Shown here one piece after another: positions 25,194 to 35,133 of a stretch of 64,000 bases of DNA. The notes beneath the pieces were generated by a model, which saw nothing but the letters and a program-made list of their open reading frames with translations, was not told the DNA's origin and ran no database searches. The position numbers and the translations under genes are program-made. The stretch covers positions 947,691-1,011,690 of the forward strand of contig OY970378.1 in NCBI GenBank assembly GCA_963718875.1. Reading direction: 5' to 3'. Source of the stretch: Candidatus Parcubacteria bacterium. GTDB taxonomy: Bacteria; Patescibacteriota; Saccharimonadia; UBA4664; JBIOIQ01. Every line of letters starts with the position of its first letter. The first letter of the stretch is position 1.

Positions 25194-26456
25194 TTAGTTA
25201 CTTATAGCTCGACTTAATTTGGCCATAATGCTATCGGTTATACCCTCTGAATGTATCACATCCAGTCCAATATTCGCGAGACCCATGGGAGTAATATCAG
25301 CAAAACTAGTGAGGTTTCCGGTGGTATCCACCACTCGATTAACCTCCTTGGGGCTAATGTGACTAACGCTAGGCTGACGGGCAAAAGCTAATTTTTTAAA
25401 CCAGGTGCGTCCGCGCAAGGCTGTCATGATTTGAGGAAGTCCTGTACCACCACCGCAGAGTAAAATTTTGGAGGGTAGGTGGTCGACCTTATCGAACTCG
25501 GACAACGAGAGTTCCACTCCCGACAGCCACACCTTGACGTCATTTTCTAAAGCTTTCTCTACTTGGGCAGCGGCGGAGGGTTTAAGTTTTCCAGCACCAT
25601 AATCAAGTTTAATTTTTTCGGCTTTTTCGAAACTGGCATTGGCTACTTGGGCAATGCGCTTGGTGAAACTACGGCCACCAATGGCAAACATTTTGGTCCC
25701 TTCAACTCCACCATTATTAACTAGGGCAATATCGGTTGTGCCACCGCCGATGTCAATGAATATGGCACTAAACTCATTTGAATCTTGTTGACCAACGGAC
25801 TTAGCTACTGCAAATGGCTCCGCTGCTACGTTTATAAGGTTCAGGTCCAGGTTGTTGGCTACTGTCTGTAGTGCGCCTAAGTGCACCATGGGCGCAAAGG
25901 CGCAAAAAAGTTGGATGTTGACGTCCCGACCCTGGAAGCCGATGGGGTTGGTAACACGGTAGCCATCGATCTGGACATCCACAATGGCGGTATTTACCAG
26001 CTGAACTTCAATCTCCTTATATCCAGTTTCCCATGCCAGCTGCTCTCGTGCCCGCTCAAATGCCCTCATTTGGACGCGGTCAAGAATTTTGCGCAATTCA
26101 GCTAAATCAATTGGTTCGGCAGGGTGGTTGCGTTTGTACTTGATGTTGGTAGAAGTGCCTTTTACAAGCTCACCGGCAATGCCAATGACAGTGTCTTTAG
26201 CCACAACACCACTCATTTTTTCGGCCGCACGCAGGGCTAAATCACAATTTTCGGTAACACCGGCAATGTCTGTAACGGCGCCAGATTGCATGTCAGTTAG
26301 GCGCTGGCGCTGTCGGCCCACCCCAATAACCCCAGCTGTATCACCGTTAACTTTGGCGATTAAAGCTTTGACAAACTCGGTGCCGATATCAAGTGCAATG
26401 ATGTGCTCGGTTTGATCTCGATTGCGCAATCTAACAAATTTTTGCAACAGCTTCAT
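25194..26456 (-). CDS. ftsA: Cell division protein FtsA (actin-like ATPase)
   Basis: IALDIGTEFVK phosphate-1 and IFIDIGGGTTDIAL phosphate-2 motifs; 420 aa. Confidence 0.8.
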   Translation of the reverse strand: MKLLQKFVRLRNRDQTEHIIALDIGTEFVKALIAKVNGDTAGVIGVGRQRQRLTDMQSGAVTDIAGVTENCDLALRAAEKMSGVVAKDTVIGIAGELVKGTSTNIKYKRNHPAEPIDLAELRKILDRVQMRAFERAREQLAWETGYKEIEVQLVNTAIVDVQIDGYRVTNPIGFQGRDVNIQLFCAFAPMVHLGALQTVANNLDLNLINVAAEPFAVAKSVGQQDSNEFSAIFIDIGGGTTDIALVNNGGVEGTKMFAIGGRSFTKRIAQVANASFEKAEKIKLDYGAGKLKPSAAAQVEKALENDVKVWLSGVELSLSEFDKVDHLPSKILLCGGGTGLPQIMTALRGRTWFKKLAFARQPSVSHISPKEVNRVVDTTGNLTSFADITPMGLANIGLDVIHSEGITDSIMAKLSRAISN

Positions 26457-26515
26457 ACGGCGTCGTCCTCAATAGAAAGGCTAGTTTCAAGTTTTATTTT
26501 TTTAAGTGAATTAAC

Positions 26516-26590
26516 CGCTTCTGATCGGAGATCCAGCCGATTTCCTGCCGTGAGCGCTCCTCTCTCGCTTCCGATAGGGAACAATGTGGG
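26516..26590. repeat. Family-B element upstream of ftsA
   Basis: ccgcttctgatcggagatccag...gcgctcctctctcgcttccgatagggaac. Confidence 0.75.
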
Positions 26591-26939
26591 AACTGAAGCT
26601 CGAAGACCGATCTCCCAAGTGGGCAAAATTCGTGCTTGGAGTTTGGGCATTAGAGCTTGTTTGATCATTGCTTGTTGCTTTGTTATTGCTTAGTATTGTA
26701 CCTCTTATGCTACGTCAAGTAAAATTGACATTTTACACTTAAAATGATCAAAATAAGGTACATCTGGCCGCTCGGGCTGGACTCACATAAGGAGGCCGAG
26801 ATGGCCATTGATCAAGCGCTTCAACTCGGCGACGTCATGACGTCGCTTTGGGGTATGCGCCACCTGGCGTTTTATTTAGCTGAGGACATCGGGCCCGACA
26901 GTCGACCGGTACTGGATGGTCAAATCTTCCTGTAAGAGT

Positions 26940-27400
26940 GTGGCCCTTTTGGGGGTATCCCGACTCGGAGCGATATCACAGACGGGCCCGAACTCAGAAG
27001 ACCACATTTCGCCTCCCCGAGCAGCCTTCAGATCTCGGTAGTTCCTTGGAGTGTACGGGATCGAGCAGTTTGCGGTGAGGCAATCGAGGTGCACTACCTC
27101 GGTTTCGATTCGAGTGGTGAACGATTGCCCGGAACAACCATCACGGTTGGACCGGTGCTCGCCTAGCGGTCAAGATCGCCGGGCGGTGCCTTGCATGGAG
27201 TCGCCTCCCATGTATGCGACATCGCCGCGGTACCCCGGCCGGCGGAGAGCGGTGCCCACCTCTCTCCGCCGGCCGGCTCTCTTTCAATTACCGCACGCTT
27301 GAGCACCCGCCATGTGCGGTTTTTTTGTAGTTCTACGGATTGACTCAGACAGGCAAAATAGGTAAACTAAGCAGTACTTGTCAAATCGACAGGAGTTCCA
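26940..27400 (+). other. High-GC structured leader upstream of the ECF sigma gene, including a perfect 15-bp inverted repeat at about 27232-27272
   Basis: ccggccggcggagag-cggtgcccac-ctctctccgccggccgg; followed by ccgcacgc..gtgcgg plus T7 at about 27285-27330. Confidence 0.3.
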
Positions 27401-27421
27401 CCCGAGCCCCAAAGGAGGGCA

Positions 27422-28234
27422 GTGTCTAAATCAGCCCCTGACGATGACGGCCCTTCCGAGGGCTATCAGGCTGTAATACCTTTCGAAGAAGCGCGCCTGG
27501 TTGCCGCCGCCAAGGCGGGAGATTCCAACGCACTTACAGCATTGGTTGAAGCTACCCAAGCCGATGTCTACACTTTGGCTTACCGCATTGTTGGTAACGA
27601 AGATGATGCCCGTGACGTAGTGCAGGAGGCGTACCTTCGAGCATTCCGATCGCTCAGGCGGTTCCGTGGTGACGCCAGATTCTCAACCTGGATGTTTCGT
27701 ATCACCGCTAACTGCGCCGCTACGCATTTGACGGGGCGATCAAAGTTTCGACATGAAGAGCTCGGTGACGATGACAACGTGCTGGACGAGAGGCCAGAAT
27801 CCGATCCTGAGGCTATGGCCGAAGCAGGGGCTCTGAGGGACAAAGTAACGGCCGCGTTGGCTAGTCTTCCTCCCAAATTAAGAGCCGTAGTAGTGCTGCG
27901 AGATGTTTACGACCTGCCCCACGATGTCATTGCAAGCGAATTGGGTATTACGGAGTCCGCGGCCAAGGTACGCTTGCATCGCGCCCGACGGAAGCTCCGG
28001 GAGAGGCTTTTCCCGGTCCCCCAGGTTGACCACCCTACCTATGATCATCAAGCAGCTATGGAAAAGCCCACTCTGCCGGAAGTCATACAAATGAGACAAC
28101 GAGGTCTCACCTTTCGACAGATTGGTGACATCCTGAGTGTATCCGCGGGTGCCGCCCAAAAAAGACACAAGCGAGCAGAAGAGCTATTGGCCCCGGAGAA
28201 TGGCTCGCATGAGCCCACGGCAATGGAGGGGTGA
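27422..28234 (+). CDS. ECF-type sigma-70 family factor with an additional C-terminal HTH-containing extension; GC about 57%
   Basis: Region 2 (DARDVVQEAYLRAFRSL) and region 4 (VVVLRDVYDLPHDVIASELGITESAAKVRLHRARRKLRE); a second HTH-like RGLTFRQIGDILSVSAGAAQKRHKRA lies in the last 70 aa. Confidence 0.75.
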   Translation: MSKSAPDDDGPSEGYQAVIPFEEARLVAAAKAGDSNALTALVEATQADVYTLAYRIVGNEDDARDVVQEAYLRAFRSLRRFRGDARFSTWMFRITANCAATHLTGRSKFRHEELGDDDNVLDERPESDPEAMAEAGALRDKVTAALASLPPKLRAVVVLRDVYDLPHDVIASELGITESAAKVRLHRARRKLRERLFPVPQVDHPTYDHQAAMEKPTLPEVIQMRQRGLTFRQIGDILSVSAGAAQKRHKRAEELLAPENGSHEPTAMEG

Positions 28235-28369
28235 GGAAGCAATTAGCTTCACCCCTCCGGTGGCCCGTTTGACACGTTTGTGTTGAGCGGGTCCTATTCT
28301 TTTATGGGCTTTTATGATATAAATTTTGTGACTTTTACGCATACCGACAGCTTGGCGAAAGGATGAGCC

Positions 28370-28825
28370 GTGCATTTTCTGCTTATAGTTTTTGCAGGGG
28401 ATCAAGACCCTCGTTCTGGAACGGCGGAACAGGAGCTGCGACAAGATCCCCGTGTTCTCGAAGTCGTATCAGGGAATGGAGGGGAAGATGCTTTGGGAAG
28501 AATCCAGGAGTGCTTGACCTGCGGTTCCCACACAGAACAGCGTTTGGCCGCACTACATTCAATCAGGCAACGGAAGCCACCCGACATGGGGTACCTTACG
28601 CAAGCCGACTTTCGAGCCTTTTGTCCTGGATTCACAACTCCTGAAGGGGCGGATGAGATTTTTGAAAAGCTATTCACTTCCGCCGGCCCAAACGGCAGTC
28701 AACGGCTGGTAGTTAAAGGCAAGCGGATCCAGATCAGGAGTTTTGTCCAGTACGTCTTTCAGACCGATATCCTTCCCAACGGTTCAGATGCGCTGCTAAC
28801 GGAACTAGCTCGAATGCTGTGCTAA
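28370..28825 (+). CDS. Hypothetical protein downstream of the sigma factor (start uncertain)
   Basis: High GC; terminator hairpin aacccgtttacggcg...cgccttaggcgggtt plus T-run at 28837-28885. Confidence 0.3.
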   Translation: MHFLLIVFAGDQDPRSGTAEQELRQDPRVLEVVSGNGGEDALGRIQECLTCGSHTEQRLAALHSIRQRKPPDMGYLTQADFRAFCPGFTTPEGADEIFEKLFTSAGPNGSQRLVVKGKRIQIRSFVQYVFQTDILPNGSDALLTELARMLC

Positions 28826-28939
28826 CCGGACGCAACAACCCGTTTACGGCGACAAAGGATGCGCCTTAGGCGGGTTCTTTGTTTTTAAGCATAAGGAAAT
28901 CAAGGGAGGCTCCCTCTTAATCCTAACGGTTAGCCGCTA

Positions 28940-30547
28940 TTAGCCCCACTCGATGGTTACTGGGGGTTTGTCGGATATGCGATAGACAACCGAGGCGATC
29001 TCGGGGATTTCATTGGTTATACGACGAGAAACGTAGCGCAGGAAATCGTATGGCAGTTCTGCCCACTCCGCAGTAAAGCCGTTAACACTCCAAACCGCCC
29101 ATAGTGCCAGCACCATGCCGCTGCCGGCATCATCACCTTTGGTATATGTTGCTACTGAGCTGGTTAGGTTAGCTCCGGTTTGCCAAACTGTTTCGTATAA
29201 GTTAGCTTTTCTAAGTTCACTAATGAATATGCCGTCGGCTTTACGGACTATTTTTAACTTTTCGGCTGTGACTTCGCCTTCAATACGCACTACTAAGCCA
29301 GGTCCTGGAAATGGGTGGCGCACCAACAGATCTTCTGGCACTCCAATGCTTCGACCAATAGCCCTGGCGGAATCTTTGACACAATCATCGATGGGCGTAA
29401 GTTCATCGCAAAAAAACCCCAACCCAGTATTGTGATGTAGTCTTGTCTGGGCTTTGCGCGCACCAGACTGATAGCCGAGTCCGCTCTCTGACAGGTCAGT
29501 GTAAATTGTTCCTTGGGCAATGAATTTTGCGTCAAAGTTTTTGGCTTGATCTTCTAAAACCGACTTATAAACACCACGCATGGCTTTACGTTTCTCAAGC
29601 GAATCAGTATGACCAGCGAGAGCCTCCAAAAATAGTTGAGTGGCATCCACGAAAACTAAATCTAAACGGTCAAAATACTTCCTTACAAAAGCCTCGTCGT
29701 CTGGTCTGTCGATACCACGGATGTAAACTGCCCGGATTTGGTCTGGTCTTAGAGCGGCCGAGATTAACCCTTCGACCACCGAAGAATCACTTCCGCCAGA
29801 CAAAGCCAACAAGACCTTGTCTAACCCAACAGTCTCGCGAATTTCAGCTACTTTACGAGCGGCTACATCCTCGGCTGGAAAACGATCTTTGGCCTGACAA
29901 ATGCCAAAGACAAAATTTTCGAACAGACGAGCACCAATGGCTGTAGCCGTAACTTCGGGATGAAACTGTACGCCCCACAAATGCCCCATACGGGCTGCCG
30001 CCACCGGTGCGTTTTCGGTCGAGGCTAGCACTACTAGGCTTGGGTCTTTTTTAACACCCAAGCCATGACTCTGTAATACTGGCTGATCTGTTTTAATGGC
30101 TTTAAATAAGGCACCATCGCCCGGTTTGCTAGATTTAAGCAGAGACAGGCTGTGGGTGCCAAACTCCTTAGTTTCGCTTGGTACGACCAAAATCCCTTTT
30201 TGGTGTGCCCACATTTGAAAACCAAGGCAGATTCCCAAAACCGGAATCCCGAGTTCAAAAATTTTGTTGTCAAACGGAGGCACTTCAATGTGAACTGAAG
30301 CTGGGCCACCCGAAAGTATTATGCCGATAGGTGCCAGTTTTTGGATGTCGACGGCGGAGACTTGAGCCGGATCGGCCACTAGGCAATAGACACCGAGGCG
30401 ATCTAGGTGTTGTTTTATAAGATGGTCAAATTGACTCCCCAAGGCAAAAAGGATGAACAGTTCGCGAGTTTTTCGCACCTGCTTTTCTTCTTCGATTTCA
30501 GCAAGTGTATCCGCTGAGGCGTCAGTTAGGGTTGTAATCACAAGCAT
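28940..30547 (-). CDS. guaA: GMP synthase (glutamine-hydrolysing)
   Basis: Class-I GATase domain, ATP-PPase SGGSDSSV motif, C-terminal dimerisation domain ending IEWG. Confidence 0.9.
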   Translation of the reverse strand: MLVITTLTDASADTLAEIEEEKQVRKTRELFILFALGSQFDHLIKQHLDRLGVYCLVADPAQVSAVDIQKLAPIGIILSGGPASVHIEVPPFDNKIFELGIPVLGICLGFQMWAHQKGILVVPSETKEFGTHSLSLLKSSKPGDGALFKAIKTDQPVLQSHGLGVKKDPSLVVLASTENAPVAAARMGHLWGVQFHPEVTATAIGARLFENFVFGICQAKDRFPAEDVAARKVAEIRETVGLDKVLLALSGGSDSSVVEGLISAALRPDQIRAVYIRGIDRPDDEAFVRKYFDRLDLVFVDATQLFLEALAGHTDSLEKRKAMRGVYKSVLEDQAKNFDAKFIAQGTIYTDLSESGLGYQSGARKAQTRLHHNTGLGFFCDELTPIDDCVKDSARAIGRSIGVPEDLLVRHPFPGPGLVVRIEGEVTAEKLKIVRKADGIFISELRKANLYETVWQTGANLTSSVATYTKGDDAGSGMVLALWAVWSVNGFTAEWAELPYDFLRYVSRRITNEIPEIASVVYRISDKPPVTIEWG

Positions 30548-30633
30548 TGCCTTTCTTCCTTATCGTACCTAAAAGTCTTAAGCGTCGCAATCACTTGCAA
30601 TAATGTCAATCTGGGGCTAATCTGTAATAGTTC

Positions 30634-31275
30634 TTGTTTCTCAACCCAGGAGGACTGGCAGAAATGGCTCAGTCACAGGTAACGTCCCAACCCGAAGTAG
30701 ACAGAGGTTTGTGGACCGTACCTAACGCGATCTCCATCCTCCGTCCGATCGCCATCATCCCGGCTCTCATCAAACTGTCGGACTCGATAGACCGCCCAAC
30801 CAGGGCCTGGTGGTCGTTTGTGATTGCCGGTATCATACTGGGTCTTGACGTTGTGGACGGGTGGATCGCTCGTCACTACCACCAAACCAGCCGAATCGGA
30901 AAGCTGATTGACCCAACCGCCGATAAACTTGTCGGCTTCACCTGCCTTGGATTCATGCTGGTAGTTCTCAGCAACAAAGCTGGAACTGGATTTTTCGCTG
31001 CCCTCTTGGGCATCGTAGCCATTCGGCTGGTGCAGGATCTCGTTTCGTTTTTCCTATACGTGCGGGACTGGAAGGCGAACCAAGTCAAGGGATCGAATTT
31101 CCCCGGGAAGGTCAAGACTTGGGCCGAACTGATCGGATCTGCGCTGGGACTCGCCTGGCTGATGAGTAAGGGCTCGGAGCAGGCCAACATCAGCGCGCTG
31201 CTCGTGATAATAGGCTGCTCTATCTCGGCTGGGGCCGCGACAATCAGCCTACGTCGCAAGTTGACTTCGCGTTAG
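30634..31275 (+). CDS. CDP-alcohol phosphatidyltransferase (PgsA-like); GC about 56%
   Basis: DVVDGWIARHYHQTSRIGKLIDPTADK matches D-G-x2-A-R-x8-G-x3-D-x3-D. Confidence 0.75.
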   Translation: MFLNPGGLAEMAQSQVTSQPEVDRGLWTVPNAISILRPIAIIPALIKLSDSIDRPTRAWWSFVIAGIILGLDVVDGWIARHYHQTSRIGKLIDPTADKLVGFTCLGFMLVVLSNKAGTGFFAALLGIVAIRLVQDLVSFFLYVRDWKANQVKGSNFPGKVKTWAELIGSALGLAWLMSKGSEQANISALLVIIGCSISAGAATISLRRKLTSR

Positions 31276-31296
31276 GGGTTGCAAAACAAAGCTCAA

Positions 31297-31335
31297 TAAG
31301 CGGCCCTCCGGAGTTTTCGGAGGGCCGCTTCTCAT
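31297..31335 (+). terminator. Rho-independent terminator (gcggccctccg..cggagggccgc)
   Basis: Perfect 11-bp stem followed by ttctcatt. Confidence 0.55.
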
Positions 31336-31376
31336 TGTGGAGGTTAGGATGACGATAATATGATAGTATGTAAACC

Positions 31377-31850
31377 ATGAAGAAAAGCGCCAAAGCAACG
31401 GTCGTAGGGTTTAGCCTGGTAGGGGTTGTACTAATTATAATGGCCGTTTTTGCACTTCAACCCAAAGCCAAGAACGCTGCTACATCAACATCAACTGATC
31501 AAGGAACAAAAAAAGTGGATACAAATGCTAAATTAGAATCAATTGATGAAGTTGTCGGCACCGGAGCCGAAGCCAAAGTGGACGCAAACATTACTGTAAA
31601 ATACACTGGCAAGTTAGCTGATGGCACAGTATTTGATTCAACCGAAAAACAGGGCGGAACACCCGCAACTTTTCAGCTTTCTCAAGGCAGGCTAATTGAC
31701 GGTTGGGTACAAGGTATTCCCGGTATGAAAGTTGGCGGCAAGCGAAAATTAGTGATTCCTCCGGCGCTTGGTTACGGCGACCGCCCCAATGGCAGCATAC
31801 CGGCCAACTCGACCCTGACGTTCGAGATCGAACTGATCGACGTCAAATAA
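31377..31850 (+). CDS. FKBP-type peptidyl-prolyl cis-trans isomerase with an N-terminal anchor
   Basis: VKYTGKLADGTVFDST...LIDGWVQGIPGMKVGGKRKLVIPPALGYG. Confidence 0.85.
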   Translation: MKKSAKATVVGFSLVGVVLIIMAVFALQPKAKNAATSTSTDQGTKKVDTNAKLESIDEVVGTGAEAKVDANITVKYTGKLADGTVFDSTEKQGGTPATFQLSQGRLIDGWVQGIPGMKVGGKRKLVIPPALGYGDRPNGSIPANSTLTFEIELIDVK

Positions 31851-31988
31851 TTACAAAAAACATTATCTTTTTTCTTTTTTATTTGTAATTTGTTCTAATT
31901 TCGTGAAAAAAGTTTTATAATTCAGGTGACTCTGATTTATTGTCCTTGTTGACCACGTACTTACTCATGAGCCCTTAAGGGGGATAAA

Positions 31989-32294
31989 TTGCCATCGTCA
32001 TTTCGAGGTACCGATATAGGCCTGAGGAGCTCCGATCTCGCCGGTCTTCCTCCCGAAACACCGCTCGTTTTGGTCCGCGGCACCACTAGAGAAGTTGTAT
32101 TGCTCGTCGCAGTGGTGCCGCTTGAGGTAGGCGCATTCAACTCTCCTCGCAACATTGCCATCGTACAGAGGCAAGAAGGGGGCAGAATCGCGCTGCTTCT
32201 CTCGGACTGGCTGGCCGAAGCGACGGAGGGCGTATGGAACTGGAGAGAACAGTACATCGATCGAGTGCCAGCTCAGACATCGATATTCGCATAA
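31989..32294 (+). CDS. Hypothetical protein (TTG start), high-GC
   Basis: aagggggataaattgccTTG; followed by the strong hairpin gggacggtgggcctcaaggcctgccgtccc plus T-run (32318-32365). Confidence 0.3.
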   Translation: MPSSFRGTDIGLRSSDLAGLPPETPLVLVRGTTREVVLLVAVVPLEVGAFNSPRNIAIVQRQEGGRIALLLSDWLAEATEGVWNWREQYIDRVPAQTSIFA

Positions 32295-32387
32295 CCGCGT
32301 ACTTATGCGGATGCCGTCTAATCAAGGGACGGTGGGCCTCAAGGCCTGCCGTCCCTGACGCTTTTTACAAGTTACCTACTTTATTTC

Positions 32388-32431
32388 TGGATCCCCTATC
32401 CGGAGCGCTATGCTTCCGATAGGGGACGACA
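32388..32431. repeat. Family-B element
   Basis: ctggatcccctatccggagcgctatgcttccgataggggacgac. Confidence 0.8.
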
Positions 32432-32444
32432 AAAATGTGTATTT

Positions 32445-32858
32445 TTATGGTAGCAAGTGATGGGTCTGCAAGAAGCGCACCAAGTTAGGATAAAGCTTAG
32501 ATTTAATGACATCGGGGCTAAACCAATCCGAATGTTCTTCGCCACGACGAGTGTATTTTATGGGGCTAGCTAAAAATATTGTTAACGCAATGGCTTCTTT
32601 AGTAATAGGATGGGCGTAACGGAATTCTCCTAGAGACTTTTCAATCCGCACTTCCCAGCCACTCTCCTCCAGGGTTTCGCGAGCGGCAGTTTCCTCAAGC
32701 GTTTCACCAACTTCGGCGTGGCCCTTGGGCAAGCTCCAATAGACATACCGGGAATCTTTCGATAGTAGCATGCGCCCATGAGTGTCAATTACTACGCAGC
32801 CGGCTTTCTTGGTTTCTCCAGCTTCATTTAATACTGGAATTTGTTCTGGATTGGACAA
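32445..32858 (-). CDS. NUDIX hydrolase
   Basis: Nudix box GHAEVGETLEETAARETLEESGW. Confidence 0.85.
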   Translation of the reverse strand: MSNPEQIPVLNEAGETKKAGCVVIDTHGRMLLSKDSRYVYWSLPKGHAEVGETLEETAARETLEESGWEVRIEKSLGEFRYAHPITKEAIALTIFLASPIKYTRRGEEHSDWFSPDVIKSKLYPNLVRFLQTHHLLP

Positions 32859-32926
32859 TTTATGTGCTCAACTTTCAATTATTTTGTGAACATCCAACTG
32901 ATATGACCGTGGTATCTGGTACAACA

Positions 32927-34906
32927 TTACTCGAGTACAGCTTTGATTCTCCGGATACCGGCCGATGAGGCTTCTTCTTTGGTAATTTTGAATTTACCCA
33001 AAGTTCCGGTGTGCTCCACATGCGGCCCCCCGCAGATTTCCTGACTGTACCACTCCCCGACTGGATCGCCAGCAGTGTAAACTTTGACTGTGTCGCCGTA
33101 TTTATGGCCGAATGCCCCCAAGACCCCTCGTTTTAGTGCACCTTGTGTGTCTTCTTCCCTCCAACTCATTGGCCAGTCTTTGGCGATGTTTTCGTTGACG
33201 ATGCGCTCGATTTCTTTGATTTGCTCTGGAGTAACTTTTTCGGGATGGCTAAAATCAAAGCGCAAGCGCTCGGGAGTAATATTGCTACCGCGCTGAGTAA
33301 CGTGATCGCCCAGGACGAGACGCAGGGCTTTGTACATTAGGTGGGTGGCGGTGTGGTATTTGGTGCTCATCTCGCTGTGATCAGCCAAGCCGCCTTTAAA
33401 CTGGCCTTGAGTGGCGGTGCGAGAGCGTTCCTTTTGCTCGGCCATCAATTTATCGAAGTCCGCTTTCCAATTTGGATCAATTTCAACCTTTAAACGATCC
33501 GCTTCTTCAAGGCTCAACTCAAAAGGAAACCCGTAAGTGTCGAATAATTCGAATATAACTTTGCCTGTTATTTTATTGCCTGAGCCTTGCCTGCCGGCAG
33601 GCAGGCTTGTCGAAGGCTCTAAATCGGCGGCGCCCTTCGACTCCGTTATCACTTTGCTCAGGGAATATTTTGGACCCCCGGAGACACGGCGTTCGAATTC
33701 TCTAATCCCCTTCTCCAGCGTTGTGCGAAACTGAGTCTCCTCGCGCATCAGCACATCCATGACTTCGTTCTCGCGTTCTTTGACTTCCGGGTAGGCTTCG
33801 CGATAAATACCGGTGATGACGGGGACGATTTGGTCCATAAAGTCTTCGCGCAGATCTAAGACAAGAGCTTGACGGATGGCGCGGCGAATAAAGCGGCGCA
33901 TCACATATCCCTGAGCAGTGTTGGATGGTACGACTCCGTCGACGGCCAGGAAAGTAGCGGCGCGAAGGTGGTCGGCAATAATACGCATGGCGTTGGTCTG
34001 GTCGGCGTAATCAAAACCGGACAACTCCTGAAGTTTTTCGATGATGGGCCAAAGGACACTAATTTTAAACATATCGGGAGAATTGATGGCTGCGGCGGCG
34101 ATGCGCTCTAACCCGCCACCAAAATCTACGTTTTGACGAGGCAATTCATAGATTCCGCCGTCTTCGCTTTTAAGATATTGCATAAAGACCGAGTTACCGA
34201 TTTCCATGAAACGCCCGCAATCACAGTTAGGATGACAATGCTTGCCCCATTTAGAATCGTGCTCTACTTCATCGAATAGATAGAAAACTTCCGCGCAAGG
34301 ACCGCACGGATCGCCTACTGGCGTGGTTTCAGGACCTTTTTCACCGCGATTCCACCAGTTCTTCTTGGCCTCGTATAAAAAAATGCGCTCGCCATCTTTA
34401 ACGCCGCGCTCATAGCCGTCACCTTCTGATCCGATTTCAGCCACTTGCGGCTCTATGCCCTTCACTTTGTATAGTTTTTTCCAAATTTCAACTGACTCGG
34501 TATCTTGGGGGATATTGTATTTTTTATCACCGATGAAGGCTGTTACATAAAGCTTCTCCGGATTAAGCCCGATCGTATCAGTCAGGAACTCCCAAAACCA
34601 TGGTAACTCCTCGTCTTTAAAATATTCACCAAGACTCCAGTTACCTAGCATTTCGAACAAAGTAGTGTGTCGATTGTCCCCTACTTCGTCAATATCTTCA
34701 GCCCGAAAACAAGGTTGAGAATCAACTAACCTTGTACCCTGAGGATGTTTCTCACCCAGCAGATATGGCACAAGCGGCTGCATGCCTGAACCGGTAAAAA
34801 GAGTGGTGGCGTCTTCGGCCGGCACCAAGTTAGACCGCGGGATAATGGTGTGTCCGCGGTCGGTGAAAAACTGTAAAAATTTGGAACGAATTTCCTCGGT
34901 AGTCAT
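32927..34906 (-). CDS. alaS: Alanyl-tRNA synthetase, short form (659 aa; catalytic, tRNA-recognition and editing domains, no C-Ala/DHHA1 tail), with an in-frame family-C insertion
   Basis: Class-II AlaRS N-terminus (FTGSGMQP..., RAEDIDEVGDNRHTTLFEMLGNWS), editing HxxxH...CGGPH; ends directly after the editing domain. Confidence 0.9.
   Translation of the reverse strand: MTTEEIRSKFLQFFTDRGHTIIPRSNLVPAEDATTLFTGSGMQPLVPYLLGEKHPQGTRLVDSQPCFRAEDIDEVGDNRHTTLFEMLGNWSLGEYFKDEELPWFWEFLTDTIGLNPEKLYVTAFIGDKKYNIPQDTESVEIWKKLYKVKGIEPQVAEIGSEGDGYERGVKDGERIFLYEAKKNWWNRGEKGPETTPVGDPCGPCAEVFYLFDEVEHDSKWGKHCHPNCDCGRFMEIGNSVFMQYLKSEDGGIYELPRQNVDFGGGLERIAAAAINSPDMFKISVLWPIIEKLQELSGFDYADQTNAMRIIADHLRAATFLAVDGVVPSNTAQGYVMRRFIRRAIRQALVLDLREDFMDQIVPVITGIYREAYPEVKERENEVMDVLMREETQFRTTLEKGIREFERRVSGGPKYSLSKVITESKGAADLEPSTSLPAGRQGSGNKITGKVIFELFDTYGFPFELSLEEADRLKVEIDPNWKADFDKLMAEQKERSRTATQGQFKGGLADHSEMSTKYHTATHLMYKALRLVLGDHVTQRGSNITPERLRFDFSHPEKVTPEQIKEIERIVNENIAKDWPMSWREEDTQGALKRGVLGAFGHKYGDTVKVYTAGDPVGEWYSQEICGGPHVEHTGTLGKFKITKEEASSAGIRRIKAVLE
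33580..33650. repeat. Family-C palindromic element inserted in-frame in alaS
   Basis: cctgagccttgcctgccggcaggcaggcttgtcgaaggctc...gcccttcgactccg; encodes the extra AlaRS segment ...SKGAADLEPSTSLPAGRQGSG... Confidence 0.65.
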
Positions 34907-34993
34907 GACGACTATTGTACCCTAGAAAGTGGTTTTTTTGAACCTGTGCGCTCAATACCCAACCTCAAACTGTCATCCTCGATCTGAGCGTCG

Positions 34994-35060
34994 GCTGGAT
35001 TCCCTATCCGGAGCACCAAACTAGGCAATGGTGGAGTTTGGCTACCGATAGGGAATGACG
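34994..35060. repeat. Family-B element (alaS-mnmA intergenic)
   Basis: ctggattccctatccggagcaccaaactaggcaatggtggagtttggctaccgatagggaatgacgg. Confidence 0.8.
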
Positions 35061-35133
35061 GATGTTTGTCTTGTGGCTGACGATTGAATAATCTCATGAG
35101 ACTGCTTTATCGCAAACGCTCTTCGCAGCGACG

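Noticed and set aside
26453-26668. 71-aa ORF upstream of ftsA
   Set aside because: It is entirely composed of the family-B repeat copy and the AT-rich spacer, and is not a gene.
34912-35097. 61-aa ORF between alaS and mnmA
   Set aside because: It coincides with the family-B repeat at 34994-35060 and is a repeat-derived pseudo-ORF.
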